A stretch of DNA of 64,000 bases from Candidatus Edwardsbacteria bacterium RifOxyA12_full_54_48 (GTDB lineage: Bacteria; Edwardsbacteria; AC1; EtOH8), in assembly GCA_001777915.1 (NCBI GenBank), contig MFFN01000004.1, positions 617,744-681,743 on the forward strand. Direction: 5' to 3'. Below are positions 11,315 through 21,009 of the stretch, piece by piece. Each line of letters begins with the position of its first letter. Within the stretch, counting starts at the first letter, position 1. The translations under genes were made by a program, and so were the position numbers. Below the pieces are notes generated by a model, which saw nothing but the letters and a program-made list of their open reading frames with translations, was not told where the DNA came from and made no database searches.

Positions 11315-12448
11315 ATGGCAAAGAAGATCATCAAAAAGACCGTCCAGCCGGCCGCCAAAAGTTCCGGCCAGCGCAAAGTCCGGGTGGCCATCATCGGGGT
11401 GGGCAACTGCGCCTCCTCCTTCGTCCAGGGCGTTCATTATTACCGCAACGCCAAGCCGGGCGACAAGGTCCCCGGCCTGATGCACGTCAACCTGGGCGGC
11501 TATCACATCTCGGACATCGAGTTCTCGGCCGCCATCGACATCGACAAGAACAAGGTGGGCAAGGACCTGGCCACCGCCATCTACACCAAGCCCAACAACA
11601 CCTTCAAGTTCTGCCAGGTGCCCAAGAGCGGGATCACCGTCCAGCGCGGCATGCTGCACGACGGTCTGGGCAAGTATCTGTCCCAGATCATCCAGAAGGC
11701 CCCGGGCTCCACGGTGGACATCGTCAAGCTGCTGCAGGACACCAAGACCGACGTGGTGGTCAGCTACCTGCCGGTGGGCTCGGAGATGGCCACCAAATGG
11801 TATGTGGAGCAGATACTGGAGGCCAAGTGCGCCTTTGTCAACTGCATTCCGGTGTTCATCGCCCGCGAGCAGTACTGGTCCAACCGCTTCAAGAAGGCCG
11901 GGGTGCCCTGCATCGGAGACGACATCAAGTCGCAGGTGGGGGCCACCATCACCCACCGGGTGCTGACCCGCCTGTTCATGGACCGGGGGGTCAAACTGCA
12001 GAAGACCTACCAGCTGAACTTCGGCGGCAACACCGACTTTCTGAACATGCTGGAGCGGGAGCGGCTGGAGTCCAAGAAGATCTCCAAGACCAACGCCGTC
12101 ACCTCCATGCTGGACTACAAGATGGATCCCGACGACATCCATGTCGGCCCGTCGGATTACGTGCCCTGGCTGCTGGACCGGAAATTCTGCCACATCAAGA
12201 TGGAGGGCCAGACCTTCGGCGACGTGCCCCTGAACCTGGACATGAAGCTGGAAGTATGGGATTCCCCCAATTCGGCCGGGGTGGTGATCGATGCGGTGCG
12301 CTGCGCCAAGCTGGCCCTGGACCACAAGCTCTCCGGGACCATGCTGGAGCCCTCCAGCTACTTCATGAAATCGCCCATGGTCCAGGTGCCGGACGACCAG
12401 GCCAAGAGGAACGTGGAAGAGTTCATCAAGAAACTGGGGCGGAAATAA
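11315..12448 (+). CDS. ino1: myo-Inositol-1-phosphate synthase (MIPS)
   Basis: '[23 protein letters not shown]...' is a Rossmann NAD-binding start. Motifs such as 'SYLPVGSE' and 'NGSPQNTFVPG-like' of MIPS are present, at ~377 aa length. The annotated long ORF 10655..12448 is an artefactual fusion; the true start is ATG 11315. Confidence 0.8.
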   Translation: MAKKIIKKTVQPAAKSSGQRKVRVAIIGVGNCASSFVQGVHYYRNAKPGDKVPGLMHVNLGGYHISDIEFSAAIDIDKNKVGKDLATAIYTKPNNTFKFCQVPKSGITVQRGMLHDGLGKYLSQIIQKAPGSTVDIVKLLQDTKTDVVVSYLPVGSEMATKWYVEQILEAKCAFVNCIPVFIAREQYWSNRFKKAGVPCIGDDIKSQVGATITHRVLTRLFMDRGVKLQKTYQLNFGGNTDFLNMLERERLESKKISKTNAVTSMLDYKMDPDDIHVGPSDYVPWLLDRKFCHIKMEGQTFGDVPLNLDMKLEVWDSPNSAGVVIDAVRCAKLALDHKLSGTMLEPSSYFMKSPMVQVPDDQAKRNVEEFIKKLGRK

Positions 12449-12463
12449 ACTTGCTTTGAACGA

Positions 12464-12495
12464 GGGTTACTACGAGTGTGTGCTCGTAGTAACCC
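12464..12495. other. Perfect 13-bp inverted repeat (gggttactacgag-tgtgtg-ctcgtagtaaccc) at the junction between ino1 and the AT-rich island
   Basis: Read directly from the sequence. It sits 16 bp after the ino1 stop. There is no T-run, so it is not a classical intrinsic terminator. Confidence 0.6.
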
Positions 12496-12520
12496 TAACA
12501 ATGAGAGTGAGGGATCTGTA

Positions 12521-12787
12521 ATGGAAATTAAAATCGGCGCAGATGAGCTTATTCTTTGGCTAAGGAAAACCAATAACGCCGTAGGCAGAAACAATAAAGA
12601 TTTAGGCAAAGAAATACGACAACAAATTGAAAGCCTTGGCGGTATTTTAATCAACGAAGATGTTGATGTACATTGGTCCAATGAAGGTCATAATATTGGA
12701 GATACGAATTTACCGAAAACAGCAGCACAGTACACAATAGATACAAGTAAATTGTGCAAACTATATGAATGGCTAACCACCTTATAA
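12521..12787 (+). CDS. Hypothetical small protein (88 aa) in the AT-rich island
   Basis: ORF with GAGGGA RBS 7 nt upstream of ATG 12521. Low GC. No recognisable motif. Confidence 0.3.
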   Translation: MEIKIGADELILWLRKTNNAVGRNNKDLGKEIRQQIESLGGILINEDVDVHWSNEGHNIGDTNLPKTAAQYTIDTSKLCKLYEWLTTL

Positions 12788-12884
12788 CGATTAAGTAATT
12801 TATTTGGCAATCCAATGTATCCAATAGTCGAAAAAATGCTCGTAAAAAATAAAGAGGTGCTGTTTAATAAAAAAAGGAAGTATC

Positions 12885-13739
12885 ATGAATACAAAAACCA
12901 TCTTTTTATGCTTCTCATTTTTTACCTATTCGTTACTTTTTGCACAAAGTAATATGGATATATTGGGACCAAAACCCAAACCAATAGAAAATGATACTTC
13001 TACCGGGCCACATTATGATAGTGATAAGCAGAGGCCATCACAAAAGAATAAAAGTTTAACAATTGTTACTCCCAAGTTGTATTGTAATTCAGAAATAATT
13101 GAAAAGGAAAAAATAAAACAGATAATAAATATTGTAAAAAAAGACATATATCAAGTTTATCCAGAATTAAATAAAAAATTAGCTGGTAAAAGCGATCTTG
13201 AAAAAGAAGCTTACTTAGAAACAGAGGATGGAAAAAATTATGTTACAGATTTAAAAGAACGAAGATCTGATATTATTAATTCTTCATTTCTATTTAAATT
13301 AGAATCTTCACTCCCCGATTATGACCCCAGTATTAATGCTTTTGAAATATCTATCAAAGATTATCTATCAATTGATGATAGTTATACAAGTATTCAAAGC
13401 AGCAAAAGCAACAAAATATTCTATACAAACACAATAAATGCTATTTGGTGTAACGGGCTGCCTATAAAAATAAAATCGTTTCGTGGGGTATACTACTCCG
13501 TATTACGGATTAATCCTGGCTCTAAAGCAACAGCACTTATGTTGGAAAGAAACAAACATAACATTCATATTTATTTTGGGTTTAGATTAAGCGGGAAACT
13601 TAAGAAACTGCCGTATACTTCACTTCATAATGATGATATAGTGTGGGAAAGCTATGCTATGGCTAAAGATATGGTTATATTGTTGGTAGATTCAAAAACG
13701 GACAAAGTAGTATTTTCCAGAATGTATCATACAAAATAA
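12885..13739 (+). CDS. Hypothetical secreted protein (284 aa) in the AT-rich island
   Basis: Signal peptide MNTKTIFLCFSFFTYSLLFAQ. Asn/Lys/Ser-rich. ~30% GC versus ~63% in flanking genes. Confidence 0.45.
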   Translation: MNTKTIFLCFSFFTYSLLFAQSNMDILGPKPKPIENDTSTGPHYDSDKQRPSQKNKSLTIVTPKLYCNSEIIEKEKIKQIINIVKKDIYQVYPELNKKLAGKSDLEKEAYLETEDGKNYVTDLKERRSDIINSSFLFKLESSLPDYDPSINAFEISIKDYLSIDDSYTSIQSSKSNKIFYTNTINAIWCNGLPIKIKSFRGVYYSVLRINPGSKATALMLERNKHNIHIYFGFRLSGKLKKLPYTSLHNDDIVWESYAMAKDMVILLVDSKTDKVVFSRMYHTK

Positions 13740-13741
13740 GT

Positions 13742-14428
13742 ATGTCTATAAAAACAAACTGTTTGGAAGCAAGAAAAAGAAAGTCAATTCCGATTATTAG
13801 AAAAGGCCTTTTCATAAGCTTTGAGGGCATCGAGGGCTGCGGGAAAAGCACCCAGGCCAAACTATTGGAGAGCTGGCTCAAGGCCCAGGGCTTTAAGGTA
13901 GTACTGACCAGGGAACCCGGCGGCCCTTCCATTTCCGAGAAGATAAGAAAGATCCTGCTGGACAGCCGCAACCAGGGGATGTCCGACCTCACCGAGCTGC
14001 TGCTGCTGCAGGCCTCCCGGGTCCAGCACCTGGCCCAGGTGATAGTGCCGGCCCTGAAGGCCGGGAAGGTGGTGATCTGCGACCGTTTTGCCGACTCCTC
14101 CACCGCCTACCAGGGCTACGGCCGGGGCCTGGACCTGAAGATGGTGGGTGAGCTCAACGATTTTGCGGTGGACGGCCACTGGCCCCAGCTGACGCTGGTG
14201 CTGGACCTGCCGGTGGAGAAGGGTTTCTTAAGGGCCCAAGGCCGGCGCCGCAGCTTGGACCGGATGGAGACCCAGGCCGTAAAATTTCACAAAAGGGTCA
14301 GACAGGGTTTTAAGGCCATAGCCAAAGCAGATCCAGGGCGGGTCAAACTTTTGGATGGCAGCCAGCCGCCGGAGGTGATCCACGCCGCGGTGCGGCAGCT
14401 GGCGCTGAGCGCCATGAAAAAAAGATAA
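13742..14428 (+). CDS. tmk: Thymidylate kinase
   Basis: 'GLFISFEGIEGCGKSTQAKLL' P-loop, 'DRF' motif and 'SSTAYQG' lid. The first ~20 codons are AT-rich and unlike Tmk N-termini, so the true start is uncertain (possibly TTG 13763). Confidence 0.85.
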   Translation: MSIKTNCLEARKRKSIPIIRKGLFISFEGIEGCGKSTQAKLLESWLKAQGFKVVLTREPGGPSISEKIRKILLDSRNQGMSDLTELLLLQASRVQHLAQVIVPALKAGKVVICDRFADSSTAYQGYGRGLDLKMVGELNDFAVDGHWPQLTLVLDLPVEKGFLRAQGRRRSLDRMETQAVKFHKRVRQGFKAIAKADPGRVKLLDGSQPPEVIHAAVRQLALSAMKKR

Positions 14429-14487
14429 CGTAACTATTCAGCGTTGTGAAAAGACGAAGTGGTTTTTTAACCACCGATAACACACAG

Positions 14488-14883
14488 ATGAACACCGAGA
14501 AAGGTAAAAGGGTTGATCTTCTATTTGAAGATTTGACCTATAAGATCATTGGTGCGGCAATTGAAGTGCACAAAATCTTGGGCCCAGGATATTTGGAATC
14601 CGTTTATGAAGATGCTTTGTGTTACGAGTTGGAAGCTTTAGATATTCGTTTTCAGCGACAAGTGGATTTGGATGTCAAGTACAAGAACGTCGTTTTCAAG
14701 AGAAAATTCAGGGCTGATCTGTTGGTGGAAGAGAAAGTTCTGGTTGAAAACAAAGCTATAACAACTCTAACCGCCAGCGATGAAGCGCAGTTGTTCAATT
14801 ATTTAAAAACGACGGGACTGCGGGTAGGATTGCTCTTCAACTTTGGCAGTTCCAAGCTGCAAAAAATAAGGAGGATAGTGTGA
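14488..14883 (+). CDS. GxxExxY-family protein (PD-(D/E)XK-like small nuclease family)
   Basis: 'LTYKIIGAAIEVHKILGPGYLESVYEDAL' contains the eponymous G-x2-E-x2-Y motif. Length ~131 aa from the internal Met. Lies in a lower-GC mini-island. Confidence 0.6.
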   Translation: MNTEKGKRVDLLFEDLTYKIIGAAIEVHKILGPGYLESVYEDALCYELEALDIRFQRQVDLDVKYKNVVFKRKFRADLLVEEKVLVENKAITTLTASDEAQLFNYLKTTGLRVGLLFNFGSSKLQKIRRIV

Positions 14884-14958
14884 TCTATCGGTGTCAATCG
14901 GTGCGCCATCCGTGGTCAAATGGCTAGATAGTTACAAGATAGTGAAAGAATATTTATT

Positions 14959-16566
14959 ATGGAAGACGGTATTCAGAAAGGCAGGTTCATCATGATCACC
15001 AGGCGTAAATTCGCTTTGATAGTGTCAGCAGTCGTGCTGTTCAGCGTGCTGGCCGGAGGGACGATAGGTCTGTTCGCTCAAAGCCGAAGCTTTGATCAGA
15101 TCAATTTCCAGCTTCGGATATTCTCCACCGCCTTCAAGCAGGTGCTGGACCGCTACGTCACCGCCCCCGACCCGCAGAAGCTGATCTACGGCGCCATCAA
15201 GGGCATGATGGAGACCCTGGACCCCCACTCGGTATTCATGGATGCCAAAACGTTCCGGGACCTAAAATCCAGCACCCAGGGCTCCTTCGGCGGCATCGGC
15301 ATCCAGATCGGGGTGCGGGACGAGGTGCTGACGGTGATCGCCCCCATGGCCGGGACCCCGGCCTCGCGGATGGGCATCCAGGCCGGCGACCGGATCGTCA
15401 AGATAGAGGGCAAACCCACCAAGGGCATCACCAGCGACGAGGCGGTGGGCAAGCTGCGGGGAGAACCCGGCAGCAACGTCACCATCACCATCGAGCGCGA
15501 GGGGGTAAGCGAGCTGATGGATTACACCATCACCCGGGCCCTGATAGAGATCGAAAGCATTCCCTACTACGGATTCATCGCCGACAAGATCGGCTACGTC
15601 TGGCTGGCCAACTTCTCACAGAAATCAGGTCCCGACCTTTCCAAAGCCCTGCAGGACCTGGAGAAGCAGGGGATGAAGCAGCTGATCCTGGACCTGCGCA
15701 GCAACCCCGGCGGATTGCTTAACGAGGCGGTGGAGGTCTCCAGCAATTTCCTGGATAACGGCTCCCTGGTGGTATTCACCAGGGGTCGCCTCAAGGAATC
15801 GGACCAGGATTACAAGGCCTCGGGCCAGGTGCTGTTCGGGCCCAAAAAGGGATCGATGGTGGTGCTGGTGAACCAAGGGTCAGCCTCGGCCTCGGAGATC
15901 GTGGCCGGCGCGGTGCAGGATTGGGACCGGGCCCTGGTGCTGGGACAGACCAGCTTCGGCAAGGGTTCGGTGCAGAATGTCATGCCCTTGGGCGATTCCA
16001 TCGCCATCAAACTGACCACCGCCAAGTACTACACCCCCTCCGGGCGCTGCATCCACCGGGACAACAGCGCCTGGCAGTCGGGCGACCTGGACAGCCTGGT
16101 GGAGGATTCCACCGCGTCCCAGGAGGTCTATGCCACCCTGGGAGGCCTCAAACGCAAGGTCTACGGCGGCGGCGGCATCACCCCGGATATCAAGGTGGAC
16201 CTGCCGCGCCTCAACCGCTTCCAGATGGACCTGGAGCGCAAGACGGTCTTCTTCAAGTTCGCCATCAAATACACGGTGGGCCACAGCAACCTGCCGAAGG
16301 ATCTTATAGTGGACGAATCCATGGTCGACGAATTCACCAAACTGCTCAAGGAGGACAAGATAGAATACACTCCCGAGGAGTTCAAGGAGAGCAGGGATTA
16401 CGTCAAGCAGGGCATCAAGCGGGAATTGCTCTCCAAGCTTTACGGCGACAAGGCCCGCACCGCCTACCTGCTGCAGAACGACGCCCAGGCCCAGAAGGCG
16501 GTGGAGCTGCTGCAGAAGAACAAGGACCTCACCAAACTGCTCAAAGAAGGGCAGAACGGAAAGTAA
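14959..16566 (+). CDS. ctpA: Carboxyl-terminal processing protease (S41 family)
   Basis: PDZ domain (GIQAGDRIVKIEGKP) plus the S41 catalytic region ('GSASASEIVAGAVQDW...GQTSFGKGSVQ'). N-terminal signal anchor. Start may be ATG 14992. Confidence 0.85.
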   Translation: MEDGIQKGRFIMITRRKFALIVSAVVLFSVLAGGTIGLFAQSRSFDQINFQLRIFSTAFKQVLDRYVTAPDPQKLIYGAIKGMMETLDPHSVFMDAKTFRDLKSSTQGSFGGIGIQIGVRDEVLTVIAPMAGTPASRMGIQAGDRIVKIEGKPTKGITSDEAVGKLRGEPGSNVTITIEREGVSELMDYTITRALIEIESIPYYGFIADKIGYVWLANFSQKSGPDLSKALQDLEKQGMKQLILDLRSNPGGLLNEAVEVSSNFLDNGSLVVFTRGRLKESDQDYKASGQVLFGPKKGSMVVLVNQGSASASEIVAGAVQDWDRALVLGQTSFGKGSVQNVMPLGDSIAIKLTTAKYYTPSGRCIHRDNSAWQSGDLDSLVEDSTASQEVYATLGGLKRKVYGGGGITPDIKVDLPRLNRFQMDLERKTVFFKFAIKYTVGHSNLPKDLIVDESMVDEFTKLLKEDKIEYTPEEFKESRDYVKQGIKRELLSKLYGDKARTAYLLQNDAQAQKAVELLQKNKDLTKLLKEGQNGK

Positions 16567-16852
16567 CTTTCGAAAATAGTTATTGGTCTTTAGTTAATAG
16601 GGGTTTACCTTTGCCACCAAGCATGCACTGAGCGATGCCGAAATGACACTAAGATATTTAATCTGTTTATTGTCATTCCGAGATGATTGTCAACCCAACA
16701 GATTTGGTGATCCTTCGGCTTGGCGGGATCAGAAAATTTTTTCGAACGACCACCCCTAAATCCCCTCCTTGATCAAGGAGGGGACAGGGGAGGTCAAAAC
16801 GACTCGGAACATGGTTATACCGATTATAAAAACAAATATTATTTGAGGACTT

Positions 16853-17650
16853 ATGATGAATAAAGGAAATCTTATCGCCATGTCTCTTATGACGGCGGTC
16901 CTGATCCTGGCCGGATGCGGCCAGAAGCGGGAGGCGGTCATCATGGCCGGCTCCACCGCCTTCCAGCCCTTCGCCGAGAAGCTGGCCGACCAGTTCATGG
17001 TCCAAAATCCCGGGATCAACGTCACCGTCCAGGGCGGCGGCTCGGCGGTGGGCATCCAGTCGGCCCTGGCCGGCACCGCCCAGATAGGGATGGCCGACCT
17101 GGTGCAGCTGCCCGAGGAGGCCAAGGATCTCACCGCCACCGAGGTGGCCCGGGACGGCATCGCCATCGTGATCAACCCCGGCAACAGGATCGAGGGGCTG
17201 ACCATCAAGCAGGTGCGGGAGATCTTCAATGGGGTCATCGCCAACTGGAAACAGGTGGGCGGAGATGATCGTCCGATCACGGTGGTATCCCGCGAGGCCG
17301 GATCGGGAACCAGGACCTCCTTCGAACAGATAGTGGGCGATATATCGCTGATAAAAGAAGCCCTGATCCAGGACTCCAACGGCACCATCCGGGAGACTGT
17401 GGCCAACGACGCCAATGCGGTGGGTTACCTGTCGCATGGTCTGATAAACGAGAAGATCAAGCCGGTCAGACTGGACGGCGTGGAGTGCACCACCGAGCAG
17501 ATCATCAGCGGAAAGTTCAAGCTGGTCCGTCCGGTGTTCCTGCTGACCCAGGGACAGCCCCAGGGAGCGGTCAAGCAGGTGATAGACTACATGCTTTCGG
17601 CGGAGGGCCAGGAGACCATCAAGAGCAGCGGCCTGATCCCTGTCAAATAG
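16853..17650 (+). CDS. pstS: Phosphate ABC transporter substrate-binding protein
   Basis: Lipoprotein signal (LAGCG). 'MAGSTAFQPFAEKLADQF...VQGGGSAVGIQSALAGTAQIGMAD' is the PstS-family signature. Confidence 0.85.
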   Translation: MMNKGNLIAMSLMTAVLILAGCGQKREAVIMAGSTAFQPFAEKLADQFMVQNPGINVTVQGGGSAVGIQSALAGTAQIGMADLVQLPEEAKDLTATEVARDGIAIVINPGNRIEGLTIKQVREIFNGVIANWKQVGGDDRPITVVSREAGSGTRTSFEQIVGDISLIKEALIQDSNGTIRETVANDANAVGYLSHGLINEKIKPVRLDGVECTTEQIISGKFKLVRPVFLLTQGQPQGAVKQVIDYMLSAEGQETIKSSGLIPVK

Positions 17651-17668
17651 ATTGATTTTATCCAGCCA

Positions 17669-18526
17669 ATGAAATTCTTAGGCGAGAAGGGCGTTCGGAG
17701 AGTGCTGGCGGGGATAGCTTTTTCGGCTATCTCGGCCCTGCTCCTTATCGCCCTTTTTATCATCAAGGAGGGCCTGCCGTTCATCATCAGCTACGGCCCC
17801 CTAAAATTCCTGTTTTCCTCCGACTGGCAGCCCCAGGCCGGAAGGTTCGGGATCTGGCCCATGATCGTGGCCTCGGTGTGGGTGACCCTGGGGGCCATGC
17901 TGCTGGGGGCCCCGTTGGGGGTGGCCTGCGCCGTCTTTTTGACGGAATTCGTTCCCCGCCGGGTGATGGGGGTGATCAAGCCCACCATCGAGCTGCTGGC
18001 CGGCATTCCCTCGGTGGTCTACGGGTTCATGGGGGTGATGGTGCTGGCCCCGCTGATCCGCTCCCAGCTGGGCGGGCCGGGGCTGTCGGTGCTGGCCGGG
18101 GCCATCATCCTGGGCGTGATGATCCTGCCCACCATCATCAGCATCTCCATCGATTCCATCCAGTCGGTGCCCAATTCTTACCGGGAGGGCTCCTTGGCTT
18201 TGGGCGCCACCCATTGGCAGACCACCTATATGGTGACGGTGCCGGCCGCCAAATCCGGCATCATCGCGGCCATCATCCTGGGCATGGGCCGGGCCATCGG
18301 CGAGACCATGGCGGTGATCATGGTGGCCGGCAACGCGGTCAAGATCCCCATATCGGCCCTGGACTCGGTCCGGACCCTGACCGCCAACATCGCCCTGGAG
18401 ATGGGATACGCCACCGGGCAGCACCGCCAGGCCCTGTTCGCCACCGGGGTGGTGCTGCTGGTGATAATCATGATCCTGAACTCCCTGGCCGGAATGGCCA
18501 TCAGGAAGAAGGCGGGTAAAAGATGA
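17669..18526 (+). CDS. pstC: Phosphate ABC transporter permease
   Basis: ABC permease EAA-like motif region. Order after pstS. Confidence 0.85.
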   Translation: MKFLGEKGVRRVLAGIAFSAISALLLIALFIIKEGLPFIISYGPLKFLFSSDWQPQAGRFGIWPMIVASVWVTLGAMLLGAPLGVACAVFLTEFVPRRVMGVIKPTIELLAGIPSVVYGFMGVMVLAPLIRSQLGGPGLSVLAGAIILGVMILPTIISISIDSIQSVPNSYREGSLALGATHWQTTYMVTVPAAKSGIIAAIILGMGRAIGETMAVIMVAGNAVKIPISALDSVRTLTANIALEMGYATGQHRQALFATGVVLLVIIMILNSLAGMAIRKKAGKR

Positions 18527-19359
18527 GAGTGCCGCCCAAATATACCCAGATGGCAGCCAAGCTGGTGATGGGCCTGGCCACCCTGGCCACCCTGGCCATC
18601 CTGGTGTTCATCATCCTGTTCGTGCTGGAGAAGGGCCTTCCGGTGGTGGGATTCAAATTCCTGCTGACCAGCCCCCAGGACATGGGAAAGGCCGGGGGCA
18701 TCTTCCCGGTGGTGGTCGGGACCATCCTTTTGACCCTGGTGGCCATAGCCATCGCCACGCCATTGGGGGTGGGCACCGCCATCTACCTGACCGAATACAC
18801 CAGGGAGAGCCGGGCCACCAAGATCATCCGTTTCGGGGCCGACTGCCTGGCCGGGATCCCCTCCATCATCTTCGGCCTTTTCGGCTTCATCTTCTTCGTC
18901 ACCATACTACAAATGGGGTGGTCCATCCTGTCCGGCGGACTGACCCTGGCCTTCATGATCCTGCCCACCATCATCCGGACCTCGGAGGAGGCCATCAAAT
19001 CGGTGCCCAATTCCTTCCGGGAGGTGTCGTTCTCTCTGGGGGCCACCCGCTGGGAGACCGTCCAGAAAGTGGTGCTGCCCAGCGCCCTGCCGGGCATCGT
19101 CACCGGGGTGATGCTGGGGGTGGGACGCTCCATCGGCGAGACCGCCGCGGTGATCTTCACCGCCGGCTCCTCTCTCCGGATGCCGTCCTCGCTGATGGAC
19201 TCGGTCCGCACCATGTCGGTGCATTTCTACATCCTGGCCCGGGAGGGCATCTCCACCGAGAACGCCTACGGCACCGCGGCCATCCTGGTGATCACCATTC
19301 TGCTGATAAACCTGACGGCCTACGGACTGATGAACCGCTTCGTGGCCAGGAACAACTGA
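18523..19359 (+). CDS. pstA: Phosphate ABC transporter permease
   Basis: Paralogous permease overlapping pstC by 4 bp. 'SLGATRWETVQKVVLP' is a PstA-type motif. Confidence 0.85.
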   Translation: MRVPPKYTQMAAKLVMGLATLATLAILVFIILFVLEKGLPVVGFKFLLTSPQDMGKAGGIFPVVVGTILLTLVAIAIATPLGVGTAIYLTEYTRESRATKIIRFGADCLAGIPSIIFGLFGFIFFVTILQMGWSILSGGLTLAFMILPTIIRTSEEAIKSVPNSFREVSFSLGATRWETVQKVVLPSALPGIVTGVMLGVGRSIGETAAVIFTAGSSLRMPSSLMDSVRTMSVHFYILAREGISTENAYGTAAILVITILLINLTAYGLMNRFVARNN

Positions 19360-19363
19360 TAGC

Positions 19364-20128
19364 ATGATGAGCAACGAAATAAAAATATCGGCCCAGGACC
19401 TCAAGGCCTTCTACGGGCCGGAGCAGCTGCTGATGTCCCTCAACATGGACATCCAGGCCAACCAGATACTGGGCATCATCGGGCCTTCCGGCTCAGGCAA
19501 GACCACCTTCCTGCGCAGCCTGAACCGGCTCAACGACCTGGTGCACGGCTTCCGGATCGAGGGCCGCATCCTGCTGGACGGGCAGGACATCTATCACCCC
19601 AACTCCGACGTGGTGGCCCTGCGCAAACGGGTGGGAATGCTGTTCGCCCTGCCGGTGCCCCTGCCCAAGAGCATCTACGAGAATGTGGTCTACGGACCCA
19701 GGCTGTCGGGCGCAGGAGACCGGAAAAAACTCGATCAGCTGGTGGAGGCCAGCCTGAAGTCGGCCTTCATCTGGGACGAGGTCAAGGACCGTCTGAATTC
19801 ACCGGCCATGCGCCTGTCCGGAGGACAGCAGCAGCGGCTGTGCCTGGCCAGGATCCTGGCCCAGGAGCCGGAGGTGATCCTGCTGGACGAACCTTGCTCC
19901 GGGCTGGACCCCATCTCCACCGCCAAGATCGAGGAGGCCCTGACTATCCTCAAGCAGAAGTACACCGTCATCCTGGTCACCAACAACACCAAGCAGGCGG
20001 CCCGGGTGGCCGACCAGACCGCCTTCTTCCTGATGGGCTCGCTTATCGAATACGGACCGACCAAAGATCTGTTCACCGTGCCAAATGACAAAAGGACCAG
20101 CGATTACATCACCGGACGTTTCGGGTAA
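19364..20128 (+). CDS. pstB: Phosphate ABC transporter ATP-binding protein, copy 1
   Basis: Walker A GPSGSGKTT, signature LSGGQQQRLCLAR, Walker B ILLDEP. Ends 'DYITGRFG', which is typical of PstB. Confidence 0.9.
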   Translation: MMSNEIKISAQDLKAFYGPEQLLMSLNMDIQANQILGIIGPSGSGKTTFLRSLNRLNDLVHGFRIEGRILLDGQDIYHPNSDVVALRKRVGMLFALPVPLPKSIYENVVYGPRLSGAGDRKKLDQLVEASLKSAFIWDEVKDRLNSPAMRLSGGQQQRLCLARILAQEPEVILLDEPCSGLDPISTAKIEEALTILKQKYTVILVTNNTKQAARVADQTAFFLMGSLIEYGPTKDLFTVPNDKRTSDYITGRFG

Positions 20129-20250
20129 AGAGGTACCTGCCCACTAAACACACGAAAGGTTATTAACCGGTCAAAACAAGATATAAGAACAATCCATTCG
20201 GCATGATACAGATCGAAAGATCCACCTATTTCCGCTTTTAACGAAATCAA

Positions 20251-21006
20251 ATGAACAACAAGATAGAAATAAATCGGCTCAACCTTTATTACGGCAAATT
20301 CCAGGCCCTTAAGGCGGTGGACATGCCGATAAGGGAGAATTCCATCACCGCCCTGATCGGGCCTTCGGGTTGCGGCAAATCCACCCTGCTGCGCTGCCTC
20401 AACCGGATGAACGACCTGATCGCCGGGGTCAGGATAGACGGACGGGTGCTGCTGGACGGCAGGAATATCTACCGTCACGGCCTGAACGTGCCGGAGCTGA
20501 GAAAAAGGGTGGGCATGGTGTTCCAGCGGCCCAATCCCTTTCCCCATTCGGTGTTCGACAACGTGGCCTACGGGCTGAAGGTGGCCGGGATCAGTGATAA
20601 GAACCGCATTTCCGAAACAGTGGAGCGCAGCCTCAAAGGGGCCTGGCTGTGGGAGAATTTAAAGGATAGATTGGACCGTCCGGCCCTGGAACTGCCGTTG
20701 GACCAGCAGCAGCGTTTATGCATCGCCCGTTTGCTGGCGGTGGAGCCGGAGGTCATTCTGATGGACGAGCCTTGCTCGGCCCTGGATCCCATCGCCACCA
20801 TGAAGGTGGAGGAGCTGATGCTGGATCTGTGCAAACGTTACACCATCGCCATCGTCACCCACAACATGCAGCAGGCGGCCCGGGTATCGGAATATTCCGG
20901 CTACATGCTGCTGGGCGATATGGTGGAGTTCGACCTGACCGCCAATATCTTCACCAACCCCAGGGACGCCCGCACCCAGGATTACATCACCGGCCGCTAC
21001 GGGTGA
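20251..21006 (+). CDS. pstB: Phosphate ABC transporter ATP-binding protein, copy 2
   Basis: [26 protein letters not shown]. Ends 'DYITGRYG'. A second tandem pstB. Confidence 0.9.
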   Translation: MNNKIEINRLNLYYGKFQALKAVDMPIRENSITALIGPSGCGKSTLLRCLNRMNDLIAGVRIDGRVLLDGRNIYRHGLNVPELRKRVGMVFQRPNPFPHSVFDNVAYGLKVAGISDKNRISETVERSLKGAWLWENLKDRLDRPALELPLDQQQRLCIARLLAVEPEVILMDEPCSALDPIATMKVEELMLDLCKRYTIAIVTHNMQQAARVSEYSGYMLLGDMVEFDLTANIFTNPRDARTQDYITGRYG

Positions 21007-21009
21007 TGG

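Noticed and set aside
10655-12448. 597-aa ORF spanning the CDP-alcohol transferase region and MIPS
   Set aside because: The first 220 aa are an out-of-frame, Arg/Pro-rich read-through of the transferase gene. The real MIPS starts at ATG 11315, with a 60-bp spacer after the transferase stop at 11255.
12476-12520. Annotated ORF start at 12476 for the first island gene
   Set aside because: The first 15 codons lie inside the 12464-12495 palindrome. The internal ATG at 12521 has a proper RBS, so the shorter version is reported instead.
16661-16700. Pho box upstream of pstS (TTGTCAT-N10-TTGTCAA)
   Set aside because: Two heptad direct repeats exist, but their 17-bp spacing does not match the 11-bp periodicity of PhoB boxes. 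One arm is also part of the dispersed 'gtcattcc' repeat, so it is more likely repeat-derived than a regulator site.
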